Shown piece by piece: positions 41,826-50,282 of a stretch of DNA of 54,392 nt (positions are counted from its first letter, which is position 1; every line of letters begins with the position of its first letter). This DNA comes from an uncultured Lachnospiraceae bacterium. GTDB lineage: Bacteria > Bacillota > Clostridia > Lachnospirales > Lachnospiraceae. The notes beneath the pieces were generated by a model. It was not told the origin of the DNA. It ran no database searches and saw nothing but the letters and a program-made list of their open reading frames with translations. The stretch spans positions 1-54,392 of the forward strand of contig CAKRNW010000001.1 of the NCBI GenBank assembly GCA_934371505.1, read 5' to 3'. The translations under genes and the position numbers were made by a program.

Positions 41826-44396
41826 TTATGCGCCTCCTTCCAGTAACTGTTCGTAAATCTGCTGCGCAAGACTCTCCACATCGGGAGTTCCTGCGGCTCC
41901 GTAAAGGGCATTTCTAAAATATTCTGCCTTCGTATCAAAAAGACTTTCACTGTCTGTTCCCAGGATGTACATCGTCCCGGAAAACTGTGGCGGTACGGAA
42001 AGCTCCCTGGTCACACTGCCCTCTCTTTCGTACTGCTGTTTTGCCAGCGTGAACAGATAGTAGCTTTTGGATTTCTGTAAGGTAACGGTGCTGTGGGCAT
42101 CGTCAAAAATATAGCGGTAACCCAGCACGTTGGCTAAAGTCTGTAAGGGCAGATACGCCTCACTGCTGTCGGAATATTTCTCATAAAGGTAGGGGTTTTT
42201 CTCCTCCACTCCCTGTTTGGCTAAGGTAGCTGCCAGATTCAGGGCGGCACTGCTGTTTTTCTCCTCGCCATACCATTCCATTGCAAGCATTGCGCCGGTC
42301 TGCTGGCAGGCCGAGGCACTGTCATAGCCTCCACTTCCCAGTATTCCATTTAAGATGGAATCCAGCAAGTCCTGTAGCTCCTTCCCGGTAAGGGTTCCCC
42401 CTCCTGTATTTGCCTGGGCAATGGTTTCTTTCGCATCCGCCAGACTGCTCTGGAGGGAACTTGTGGTATCGGTATCTAAACCAGTGGCATTATCCAGAGC
42501 ATCCTGTACCTGATTTAAGGCTGCCTTGGCTGCCTCCGGATCCAGGGTTGCCGCTGCGGTAAGAGCAGCCATCTGGTTTTGTAAATCTGTAGCAGAAGTA
42601 TCTTCCCCCGCATTTCGTAGGTCGGAGGTCAGCACATCTGCCATGGAGGACAGCAGTGCTGCGGTGGTATTCTCTCCCATGGCTGCCGCTGCCTTCGCCT
42701 TGTCGGATTCGCTGCTATTAGGGGAATTCATAATGGCATTGAGACTGTCCGCAAGACTGTCAATTTCCTTCTGTTTTGCCTCCATCTGGGCAGTCAGCTT
42801 GTTTGCCTCCGCCAGATTGTTGTTGTCCAGGGCATCCTGCCGCTGTTTCGACAACTTCTCCTTTTCCTGTTCCAGCTTGGACATATCTGTGGAATCCGAG
42901 GCATTTTTTACCAGGTCTGCATAGGAACTGCGCAGCCAGATCAAGTGGTCGGCAACGGTGTCTAACAGATAGCTTTCCGCCGCGTCCTCCACCACGGTGT
43001 CCTCCAGCTGGGGTACACCGTCAATGAGTTTCAGGACGTATGCCTGGGCTGCCTGGTTTTCCATGCGGCTAAACTGTGCCTCCAGCATGGTCTGGTATTC
43101 CATGCGGTCTGCATTTGCCGCTGTTTTCTGCCCTGTAAGGTATTTCTGCAATACTGCCTGGGAGGATCCTTCTGCCACAGCGGCCTGGTAATCGGTGCTG
43201 ACTCCTGCACGCAAATCCGCGGTGTAGTTGTTAAATGCCCCGCTTACCAGATCGGAGGTCAGTGTGTCCAGTTCGCTCTGTTGGCTGGCAATCACTCCGT
43301 TTAAAATGTTCTGGAGATTGCAAAGGCTTTCCATAATCTTGTCACATCCCGGCGTATCCTGCGCTCTTGCCAGGGAAATCAGCTCCTGGCTATAACGGTA
43401 CTCCGTCTGGGCTGCCACAGTGTCGCCGGTATCCGTTATCTTCTTTGCCTCGTAGCTGCTGATGCTTTCCTGTACATTCTGGATACAGTCTCCAATGGAG
43501 GAAACAATATCGGCGTTGATGACAAAATCCGGTGGAACACTTTCTTCCCCGTCTTCACTTTCCTTTTGGTTGCTTGCTCCCATACCGCTGGCATCATTTT
43601 CCAGGGTGTCCAGAAAACCTTCCAGATTGGTCAGTGCCTCCACCCGGCGGTACGCATCAAGGCTGGTGAGAATCTCCCCGGTTTTCTCCGACCACTGGGA
43701 TGGTTTTTCTCTGGAAGAAAGTCCGTTTTTGTAGCTTTCCAAAGACTGCATGGAAGAATCATAATCTCTGGTTTCATCATCCTGGATATCTTTGTCAAAG
43801 AAGCTCTGTACCATCTGGAGATAAATCTGGTCAGACTCGTTTTTGTCCGTCTTTTCCTGGAGAATCTGATATTGTATCCGCAGTGGCTCCAGTTCCTCCA
43901 TGGTTCGTAAATCGTAGGGATTGTTGATATTAAATACCGACACTGCCTGGCCGGTACGGAGATCTATGGTAATACCATCGGATTTGGTCTGGTGGGTAAA
44001 TTCCAGTCCCTCAATCACGCTGCGGCTTACCGGACTGCCCGACTGGGTAATATCCCCGATGGAGGACGCTTCCGATATTTCAAACCAGGTGCCATCGGCA
44101 AGTTCCGATTTGTAATACACCTGAGATTGGTTAAACTCGTTGGCAGACTCCTGAGCGATTTTGTAAAGCTGGTCGGTCAGTGCGCTGATATGAATCAGAT
44201 GAGAACCGATGACCAGCGTGGAATTCTCTATCTCGCTGTCCTTCACATGGACGGAACGCACGCCCGTGCTTTTGTCGCTCTCCAGTGCTGCCCGTACTGC
44301 AAAGCCCCCAAGAACGGATACGCACACCAGAACAGCAAAAAGGAGCAGCGATGCTTTTTTATTCAGTTTTGGATGGTTTCCTGTCTTTTTTGCCAT
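41826..44396 (-). CDS. Membrane-anchored/secreted coiled-coil protein with a C-terminal copper-amine-oxidase-N-like stalk domain
   Basis: ATG 44396 follows GGGAGAG. The signal/anchor is KKASLLLFAVLVCVSVLGGFAV. It has long Ala/Gln/Ser/Asp-rich helices. The C-terminus PLQTLANVLGYRYIFDDAHSTVTLQKSKSYYLF...TMYILGTDSESLF resembles Cu_amine_oxidN1. Confidence 0.5.
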   Translation of the reverse strand: MAKKTGNHPKLNKKASLLLFAVLVCVSVLGGFAVRAALESDKSTGVRSVHVKDSEIENSTLVIGSHLIHISALTDQLYKIAQESANEFNQSQVYYKSELADGTWFEISEASSIGDITQSGSPVSRSVIEGLEFTHQTKSDGITIDLRTGQAVSVFNINNPYDLRTMEELEPLRIQYQILQEKTDKNESDQIYLQMVQSFFDKDIQDDETRDYDSSMQSLESYKNGLSSREKPSQWSEKTGEILTSLDAYRRVEALTNLEGFLDTLENDASGMGASNQKESEDGEESVPPDFVINADIVSSIGDCIQNVQESISSYEAKKITDTGDTVAAQTEYRYSQELISLARAQDTPGCDKIMESLCNLQNILNGVIASQQSELDTLTSDLVSGAFNNYTADLRAGVSTDYQAAVAEGSSQAVLQKYLTGQKTAANADRMEYQTMLEAQFSRMENQAAQAYVLKLIDGVPQLEDTVVEDAAESYLLDTVADHLIWLRSSYADLVKNASDSTDMSKLEQEKEKLSKQRQDALDNNNLAEANKLTAQMEAKQKEIDSLADSLNAIMNSPNSSESDKAKAAAAMGENTTAALLSSMADVLTSDLRNAGEDTSATDLQNQMAALTAAATLDPEAAKAALNQVQDALDNATGLDTDTTSSLQSSLADAKETIAQANTGGGTLTGKELQDLLDSILNGILGSGGYDSASACQQTGAMLAMEWYGEEKNSSAALNLAATLAKQGVEEKNPYLYEKYSDSSEAYLPLQTLANVLGYRYIFDDAHSTVTLQKSKSYYLFTLAKQQYEREGSVTRELSVPPQFSGTMYILGTDSESLFDTKAEYFRNALYGAAGTPDVESLAQQIYEQLLEGGA

Positions 44397-44406
44397 GTTG
44401 CTCTCC

Positions 44407-46458
44407 CTATTCCTTCTTGTGAATCGTCTGGTCACTGGTCTGGAATTGTGCCTCCGTGAGGAGCTGTCCCTGATCATCATAGAGACAGAGAACCAGTTCT
44501 TCCAGGCTGCTCTCCGCAACCGCCAGATAACGGAAGGTTTCTCCCACAGAAAACTTTTTATCACTGATGAGATAGGTTCCATCCTGGGTCTTAATGTTGT
44601 AGGAAACAGCCTGCTGTTCCCCATTTAATTTCAAAGTGATTTCCAGCAGTCCGGTAACGCTGTTGGAGGAGGCTGTGTAGGTTCCAATCCGGGTATCCTC
44701 TGTGGTCTCCACATGATAACTCTTGATTGTCAGTTTCCCGGAATACTCCGATGTGTCAATGTCACAGTCATCCACAAAGGTATCTCCGTCATAGAGCCGG
44801 ATAAAAACCCGGTTCACTTCCTGGACATCCAGTGCCAGATGGCGGATAGTCTTTGTCACATTGGTACGCTCACCAACTTGTACGCCATCTACCCATAGTT
44901 CAAAGTCTGTAAGGGAAATGTCCATACTATCCGGCACAGACAATCCAATTTCAAAGAGATTATCCGATACCAGGGAACGGATATAATAGTAAACACCCTC
45001 TCCTTCATCCTCAACCACATAACTCTGACCGCCTTCGGCTGCAGACATGGTAATGGAGGTTCCCTTAAAATAGGAAGAAACTGCTCCGCAGGTCAACCTG
45101 TCCAGACTGTAAAGGACTTCACTGTAAGCCGCTTTGGCATCCAGACTGTCCATCTGCAGTTCCTCGTATTCTTCCTGTACCTGCTCGTACTCCTCGTAAG
45201 TCATCTGACCGGTGGTATTTAACAAGGCGGCTTTCCGCAACTCCTCCGCTTTTTTCTTAACTTCAGTTTCCAGCGCCTGGCTGGAATTTCTCGTGGAAAC
45301 ATAATTGTCGTAGGAGCTTTTGACTGAATCAGTCAACTCTTTTTTCTGTGCCTGCTCATCGTTGTAGAGGGACTGGTATTCCAACGCGGATTCATAGAGC
45401 ACATAAGGCTCATCCTCTACATAACGGATACCGTCGATAGCACCCTTGAACCATTCCCTGGGCACCCGGATAAAGAGAATCTTCTTTTTTCCCTGCCAGG
45501 GACTGTCCACCACATTGAGAAATTGCTCGAACTTTAATTTAAAGGCTGCCGAATCCAGCTTTTCTCCTTTTTTTGCCTGAGTCACAAAGCTGTCGATAAT
45601 CCGCATATTGGCGGTGCCATACTGGGCTTTCATCAGATTATAGTTGGTATTGAGCTGTAACAGTCCGTTAGCTGTGGCTGTCTGTGTCTGGTAATAGGAA
45701 TCGTCATGCTCCAGCGTATAGGTAATCAGCTCCTCCTCCACATTCCGGCTCAAATCCGCATCTACAAAAGGAGTCTGAAAGGTGTAAGAGGTGGACACAT
45801 CAATGCCAATCAGTCCTCCCAGCTTTTCCTTCGCCGCTTCAAAGCTCCGCTTGTCGGAAAGCAGAGTGGAATTCAAGGTTTCCAGTTTTTTCTCCAGCGT
45901 ATCAATATCCGTCTGGTTGGCAAGTCCTGCCATGAGTCTGGCTTTGTTCTTTTCTAAGGATGTCTCGCAGGAGGCTATCCGGTTTTCGTTAAAAGTGATG
46001 CGTTCCTGAAGAACATAGACTTCCACAAACTGTAGTTCCACTTCCTCGTAAATGCCGTACACGCAGTCCGTGATGCTGTGATTGATGGTGTCAATCTCTG
46101 ACTGCAGCTCCAACGGTTTATAGGAGTATTCCATCTGGTCGGTTAAGTCCGGCTTTTCCGGGAACTTGAAATTTAATAAGGGAGACCAGCGGAAGGTTCT
46201 CTGATTCTTTTCTTTTAATTTGATTGCCTTGACCGCCTGGGAATACTGAAGTTTTGCCAGTGCCAGCTTGTTTTTTTGTTTGGTGTAATCGCTGCTCTTT
46301 GCCAGTGCCATGTTCTTTGCCACTTCCACCGTCAGCGTCCGGTTTGCCGCTTTTGCCGGAATTGTAGGGAAACTTCCCACCAAAAAGCTGCATGCCAGCA
46401 GTACGGAAAGCCATCGCCCTATTCTGTTTCTTTTCCTTTTCAGGTTCACTTTCCGCAC
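44407..46458 (-). CDS. Secreted protein with a TolC/outer-membrane-efflux-like helical N-half and a beta-rich C-half
   Basis: The signal is RWLSVLLACSFLVGSFPTIPAKA. The TolC-like repeats are LTVEVAKNMALAKSSDYTKQKNKLALAKLQYSQA and ...NKARLMAGLANQTDIDTLEKKLETLNSTL. The start may instead be GTG 46449. Confidence 0.4.
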   Translation of the reverse strand: MRKVNLKRKRNRIGRWLSVLLACSFLVGSFPTIPAKAANRTLTVEVAKNMALAKSSDYTKQKNKLALAKLQYSQAVKAIKLKEKNQRTFRWSPLLNFKFPEKPDLTDQMEYSYKPLELQSEIDTINHSITDCVYGIYEEVELQFVEVYVLQERITFNENRIASCETSLEKNKARLMAGLANQTDIDTLEKKLETLNSTLLSDKRSFEAAKEKLGGLIGIDVSTSYTFQTPFVDADLSRNVEEELITYTLEHDDSYYQTQTATANGLLQLNTNYNLMKAQYGTANMRIIDSFVTQAKKGEKLDSAAFKLKFEQFLNVVDSPWQGKKKILFIRVPREWFKGAIDGIRYVEDEPYVLYESALEYQSLYNDEQAQKKELTDSVKSSYDNYVSTRNSSQALETEVKKKAEELRKAALLNTTGQMTYEEYEQVQEEYEELQMDSLDAKAAYSEVLYSLDRLTCGAVSSYFKGTSITMSAAEGGQSYVVEDEGEGVYYYIRSLVSDNLFEIGLSVPDSMDISLTDFELWVDGVQVGERTNVTKTIRHLALDVQEVNRVFIRLYDGDTFVDDCDIDTSEYSGKLTIKSYHVETTEDTRIGTYTASSNSVTGLLEITLKLNGEQQAVSYNIKTQDGTYLISDKKFSVGETFRYLAVAESSLEELVLCLYDDQGQLLTEAQFQTSDQTIHKKE

Positions 46459-46466
46459 TCCTCTCC

Positions 46467-47684
46467 TTACTGTTCGATCGAATACATAAAAAATCCAGAA
46501 TCTCTGTCGTCCGAGACAAAGGTGTAGGTCGCATCCTCCGTCTGGAACACATATAGGTAAACCAGCACATCTGCCGGATATTCTGTTACCACTTTTACCT
46601 CATCATAAAGCTGAGTGGCTGTCAGGGAAACCTCCAGTGGAATGTCCGTTCCCTTCTTTTGCAGCCAGTTGATTCCCACTGCCTCCGGGAAGGTCACATA
46701 GCTGTTACCCTCAAAGACAGGTGTCCCCAGCTTTTCCTTTAATTCCGCTATGGTGGACATCCGGCTTTCGCCGTAGACAAATTCATCTTTTCCCACATAG
46801 ACCTTCGTGGTTTTCGCTGCATCGTCCAGACTGTTGTTCTCCGAGGACTGCACATAGAAGGCATCCACATCCTCCAGAATCACCGCCCAGTCTGTGTCAT
46901 ACTGATAAAGCTGGCGTTTCCCGGTATAAAATTCTGCAATTTCAGCTGCACTTTTTCCAAGAAACTGGGTATACAAAAGTTCTCCGTTATGGAAACTTCC
47001 TTTGAAAATCTCCTGGTCTGCCCCGTCAAAGAGACTTCCCTCTCCCTCAAACATTCCTCTGGAAAACTGTCCTTTATACTTCCGTGTTCCGTTTTCCCGG
47101 TACAGTGTGCCTTCCCCTTCAAAAAGGTTGTTCTGGAATTGCCCTTCGTACTCCGTCTGTCCTACAGGATAATAGAGGATTCCTTCACCGGAATACTCAT
47201 TTTGTTCAAAATTTCCCTGATAGACCAGGCTGCCCTCCTGGTTGTAAAGCTGCCCGGAGCCTGTGACATAGCCCTTTTCCACATTTCCCTCATAGGCAAT
47301 ATAGCCTGCCTTCGCCTTGATTCTCACATTTCCTTCTGCAAATCTAAGAAGGAAAGAGTTGTAGGCATAGGTTCTCGTCCCATCTGCCATCCGGTCAGAA
47401 AGCCCCGTAAAGGGCTGCGCCCATGCAAGATAACAGAAACAGAGAATTCCCACCACAATCACAATGGCGTGGGCAAGCCGACGGCTGATGAGATACCCGA
47501 ACAAAGGATAATAGTCATCCTCGTTTCTGGGTTTCACATGAAAGATATTGCTTAACGCCGTTCTGATTTTCGTCAGAATATTGGCTTTGATGAAACTCCA
47601 ACTGGTCCAGTATTTCAGTTTCGTCCATATCGGTGTGATACGTGCCTTCAATGTACTGAGAAGTACCGATATCAGATTATTCAT
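46467..47684 (-). CDS. Membrane-anchored MORN-repeat protein
   Basis: TM AHAIVIVVGILCFCYLAW, then 4-5 repeats of Y-x-G-x-F-x-x-x-x-x-x-G-x-G at 23-aa periodicity (YEGNVEKGYVTGSG, YQGNFEQNEYSGEG, YEGQFQNNLFEGEG, YKGQFSRGMFEGEG). Confidence 0.7.
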   Translation of the reverse strand: MNNLISVLLSTLKARITPIWTKLKYWTSWSFIKANILTKIRTALSNIFHVKPRNEDDYYPLFGYLISRRLAHAIVIVVGILCFCYLAWAQPFTGLSDRMADGTRTYAYNSFLLRFAEGNVRIKAKAGYIAYEGNVEKGYVTGSGQLYNQEGSLVYQGNFEQNEYSGEGILYYPVGQTEYEGQFQNNLFEGEGTLYRENGTRKYKGQFSRGMFEGEGSLFDGADQEIFKGSFHNGELLYTQFLGKSAAEIAEFYTGKRQLYQYDTDWAVILEDVDAFYVQSSENNSLDDAAKTTKVYVGKDEFVYGESRMSTIAELKEKLGTPVFEGNSYVTFPEAVGINWLQKKGTDIPLEVSLTATQLYDEVKVVTEYPADVLVYLYVFQTEDATYTFVSDDRDSGFFMYSIEQ

Positions 47685-47713
47685 GGATTCCTCTCTCTCT
47701 AAGTCTCTGCACT

Positions 47714-49417
47714 TTATTCAGAAAAGAGTGCGCAGGAGACTTTCTTTCCCTGTGCCATGTTCAGGCATTTCTCACAGAGAAACAGATACCACTTCGCCAC
47801 TTCATCATTGGGACTCTCCTTTAAGACTTCCGTAAAAGCATTCCGTCCCAGATAATAATCTCCCTGGTAAAACAATTCCAAAGCCTTCTGGAATTTTTCC
47901 CTGCTGTCCAGTCTCCTCTGTCTTTCCTTTGCCGGATAAGCATCCAGAATCTCGTAGAGTCTGAAACGACAATTTCCTTCTTCCAGATAGCCAATATATC
48001 TTCCGGTGGTTTCCTTTTCCACCAGTTCATAAACTGCGTCTGTCACCGCCATGCGGATACCCATGGAACGTAACTTTTCCACATAACGCTCCAGCATTTT
48101 CATTTCATTGGAAAGCAGATAGGTAAACGCCTGCTCCTCATCACCCACCACCCCATACAGGAAGGAGGTATGATGTAACAGGACAAATGCCTGTCCTCTG
48201 GAGTTGTCCTCCTGGGACATGGACATTTCCACGCCAAAGTTCAGTGCTTTTCTGGTTTCCTTCTGGAACAAAAGCTGCATGGTGGTCAAATCACTGTTGT
48301 CCGAAAGCAGGATCCCTTCGTATTCTTTCTGTTTTTCCCCTAAATACTGGTATTCCCTGCTGACCCTGCGAAGGTAAGCTTCCTCATTGACCCCGGAATT
48401 TTCCGGGTATGAAACAAATGCAAGCGTTCCGGTGACCCGTGCCTTGTCTCCCGGCTCCACCTCCATGATAGAGGTTTTCGACAGAATCTGTTCAATCTGT
48501 TTCGGTGCAAAGCGGTAGTAATTTTGCAGCACCTTATATTTCATGTAATTCATCCGCGCCACATCCGTGGAAATCTGTCCCAGACTGTTTTTCAGACGGC
48601 GCATCTCGTTGCTCTCCAACCAGAAGCCACCGGTACTGTCCTTTAAGGAATCCCAGTCCTCTTTTCCTTCCGCCACCCGTGCTGCCACCCGCACCAGGCT
48701 GTGCATCTGTCTGCCCTGTAGAAAAATCACCAAAGCAAGGGCGATGGTTGCTACAAGTAAAAGCGTGACTGCAAAGAGAAAGGACTGTTTCTGCATGGCT
48801 GCCACTTCCATCTGCATAGGTGCAAGGGATACCTCTGTCAGCAGTACATACCTGGGAGCCACACTTTCCACATCGGTGTAGACAAGCACTCCTGTTTTTT
48901 GTGACGAAATCTCATAGGTCACACTTTTTGACTGGGCAGCGGCATCTCCCAGCTTTTCTATATAAGCGGTGCAGTCTTTTTCGGTAAGGGATGTCTCACT
49001 TGGCTGGTGTAATACCCGGACCACATACTGTTTCTCTCCTGTCCGCTCATAGACAGCGGCGGTGAGATATCTGGTCTGCTGTCCGTCTACCGTGGTCACG
49101 GGGAGGCTTCTGTCCAGAAGATTTTGTAAGTCCTCTCCCTCCCGATTCCAGTCGATGGTGTCCTCCCCGGCTCCAAGCTGTTCCAGTTCTCCGGCATAAC
49201 TCTGGGCATCCCCCAGGTAAACCCCAAACAGAGACAGATACTGACTGGTTAAAAAATCTTTATTTCTGGTAACGCTTATCTGCCACAGGACTGCCACTCC
49301 CACCAGTACCATGAACTCCAGAACCGCAAAGCGCTGCAGGGACTGGGAATGGCTGAATAGCATGATAACCAGGGCAAATAATACGATTACAAAACCAAAA
49401 ATAAGTAGCTGATACAT
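47714..49417 (-). CDS. Three-TM membrane protein with a degenerate nucleotide-cyclase-like domain and a C-terminal TPR-like motif
   Basis: ATG 49417 follows AGAGGA. RFAPKQIEQIL...GDKARVTGTLAFVSYPENSG resembles the start of a class III cyclase domain but lacks the metal-binding Asp. The C-terminus FQKALELFYQGDYYLGRNAFTEVLKESPNDEVAKWY is TPR-like. Confidence 0.35.
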   Translation of the reverse strand: MYQLLIFGFVIVLFALVIMLFSHSQSLQRFAVLEFMVLVGVAVLWQISVTRNKDFLTSQYLSLFGVYLGDAQSYAGELEQLGAGEDTIDWNREGEDLQNLLDRSLPVTTVDGQQTRYLTAAVYERTGEKQYVVRVLHQPSETSLTEKDCTAYIEKLGDAAAQSKSVTYEISSQKTGVLVYTDVESVAPRYVLLTEVSLAPMQMEVAAMQKQSFLFAVTLLLVATIALALVIFLQGRQMHSLVRVAARVAEGKEDWDSLKDSTGGFWLESNEMRRLKNSLGQISTDVARMNYMKYKVLQNYYRFAPKQIEQILSKTSIMEVEPGDKARVTGTLAFVSYPENSGVNEEAYLRRVSREYQYLGEKQKEYEGILLSDNSDLTTMQLLFQKETRKALNFGVEMSMSQEDNSRGQAFVLLHHTSFLYGVVGDEEQAFTYLLSNEMKMLERYVEKLRSMGIRMAVTDAVYELVEKETTGRYIGYLEEGNCRFRLYEILDAYPAKERQRRLDSREKFQKALELFYQGDYYLGRNAFTEVLKESPNDEVAKWYLFLCEKCLNMAQGKKVSCALFSE

Positions 49418-49427
49418 GTTCAATCCT

Positions 49428-50270
49428 CTATTTCGTCAAAGACTCCGTTCCAATCTGTTTAAAGGTATTAAAAAACAGACGGAACAGGGGTACATCTCCC
49501 CAAATCATTTGAGAGAAAAACATCACTGCCACCAGAATCACAAGGATCATGGAGAGATATAGTAAAAAGCGAAAGATCCCTGCCTGGTGCCTTGCCCAGA
49601 AATCGCCCCATTTTTGTTTGAGGCTTCGTTTTCCTATATGGGCTGTGGACAGTCGGAGGTCTTTATATAATTCCTGGAAATTCTGGTAGCTCTGCTTGGG
49701 AATTTTCTTTAATAAAAGCTGATAGCTAACATTTTTCCGGGTGGTTTTTTCCTGCAGAAGTTCCCGAATCTGAATGGCACACTGGGTAGCGCATTCCCAC
49801 TGGGTACTGTATTCGTTTAACTGGGAAAGATCAATACAGTAGCCCAGCACAATGCTGTTATCCTTTAGCAGATGAATCTGCCTCTGCTTTAAAACCAGCT
49901 CTAACAGTGGATAAGGAAGGGGGGATGCCATACACTGCACCAGAAGGTTTAGACAGATTTCCTCACATACTGTCAAGGGAATTGCTTTTGCCATATAAAA
50001 GTCTGCCAGCTTTCTTTCCTTTACATAAGGAAAAACCATACAGAAAAGATTGTTGCTGTTGAACATTTCAATGCAGCAGTCCTCTCCTTTGTCCGAACCC
50101 TTGATAATTTGGAGCAGTTTTTTTACGGTCTCATGTTCCTTCACCGTAATCAGGGTGTAGTAGCTTTCCCTTGTGCCATACAGCTCCTCACAAATCACCA
50201 CATCATTTACTTTTCCCCGGAACACATCCATGACACTTCGCAAGGTCATCCGGTTTGACTGGTATATCAT
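49428..50270 (-). CDS. Hypothetical tail-anchored membrane protein
   Basis: GAGGGAG RBS. A cytoplasmic ~230-aa domain is followed by a C-terminal TM (FRFLLYLSMILVILVAVMFF). Confidence 0.5.
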   Translation of the reverse strand: MIYQSNRMTLRSVMDVFRGKVNDVVICEELYGTRESYYTLITVKEHETVKKLLQIIKGSDKGEDCCIEMFNSNNLFCMVFPYVKERKLADFYMAKAIPLTVCEEICLNLLVQCMASPLPYPLLELVLKQRQIHLLKDNSIVLGYCIDLSQLNEYSTQWECATQCAIQIRELLQEKTTRKNVSYQLLLKKIPKQSYQNFQELYKDLRLSTAHIGKRSLKQKWGDFWARHQAGIFRFLLYLSMILVILVAVMFFSQMIWGDVPLFRLFFNTFKQIGTESLTK

Positions 50271-50282
50271 AGATACTCCCTC

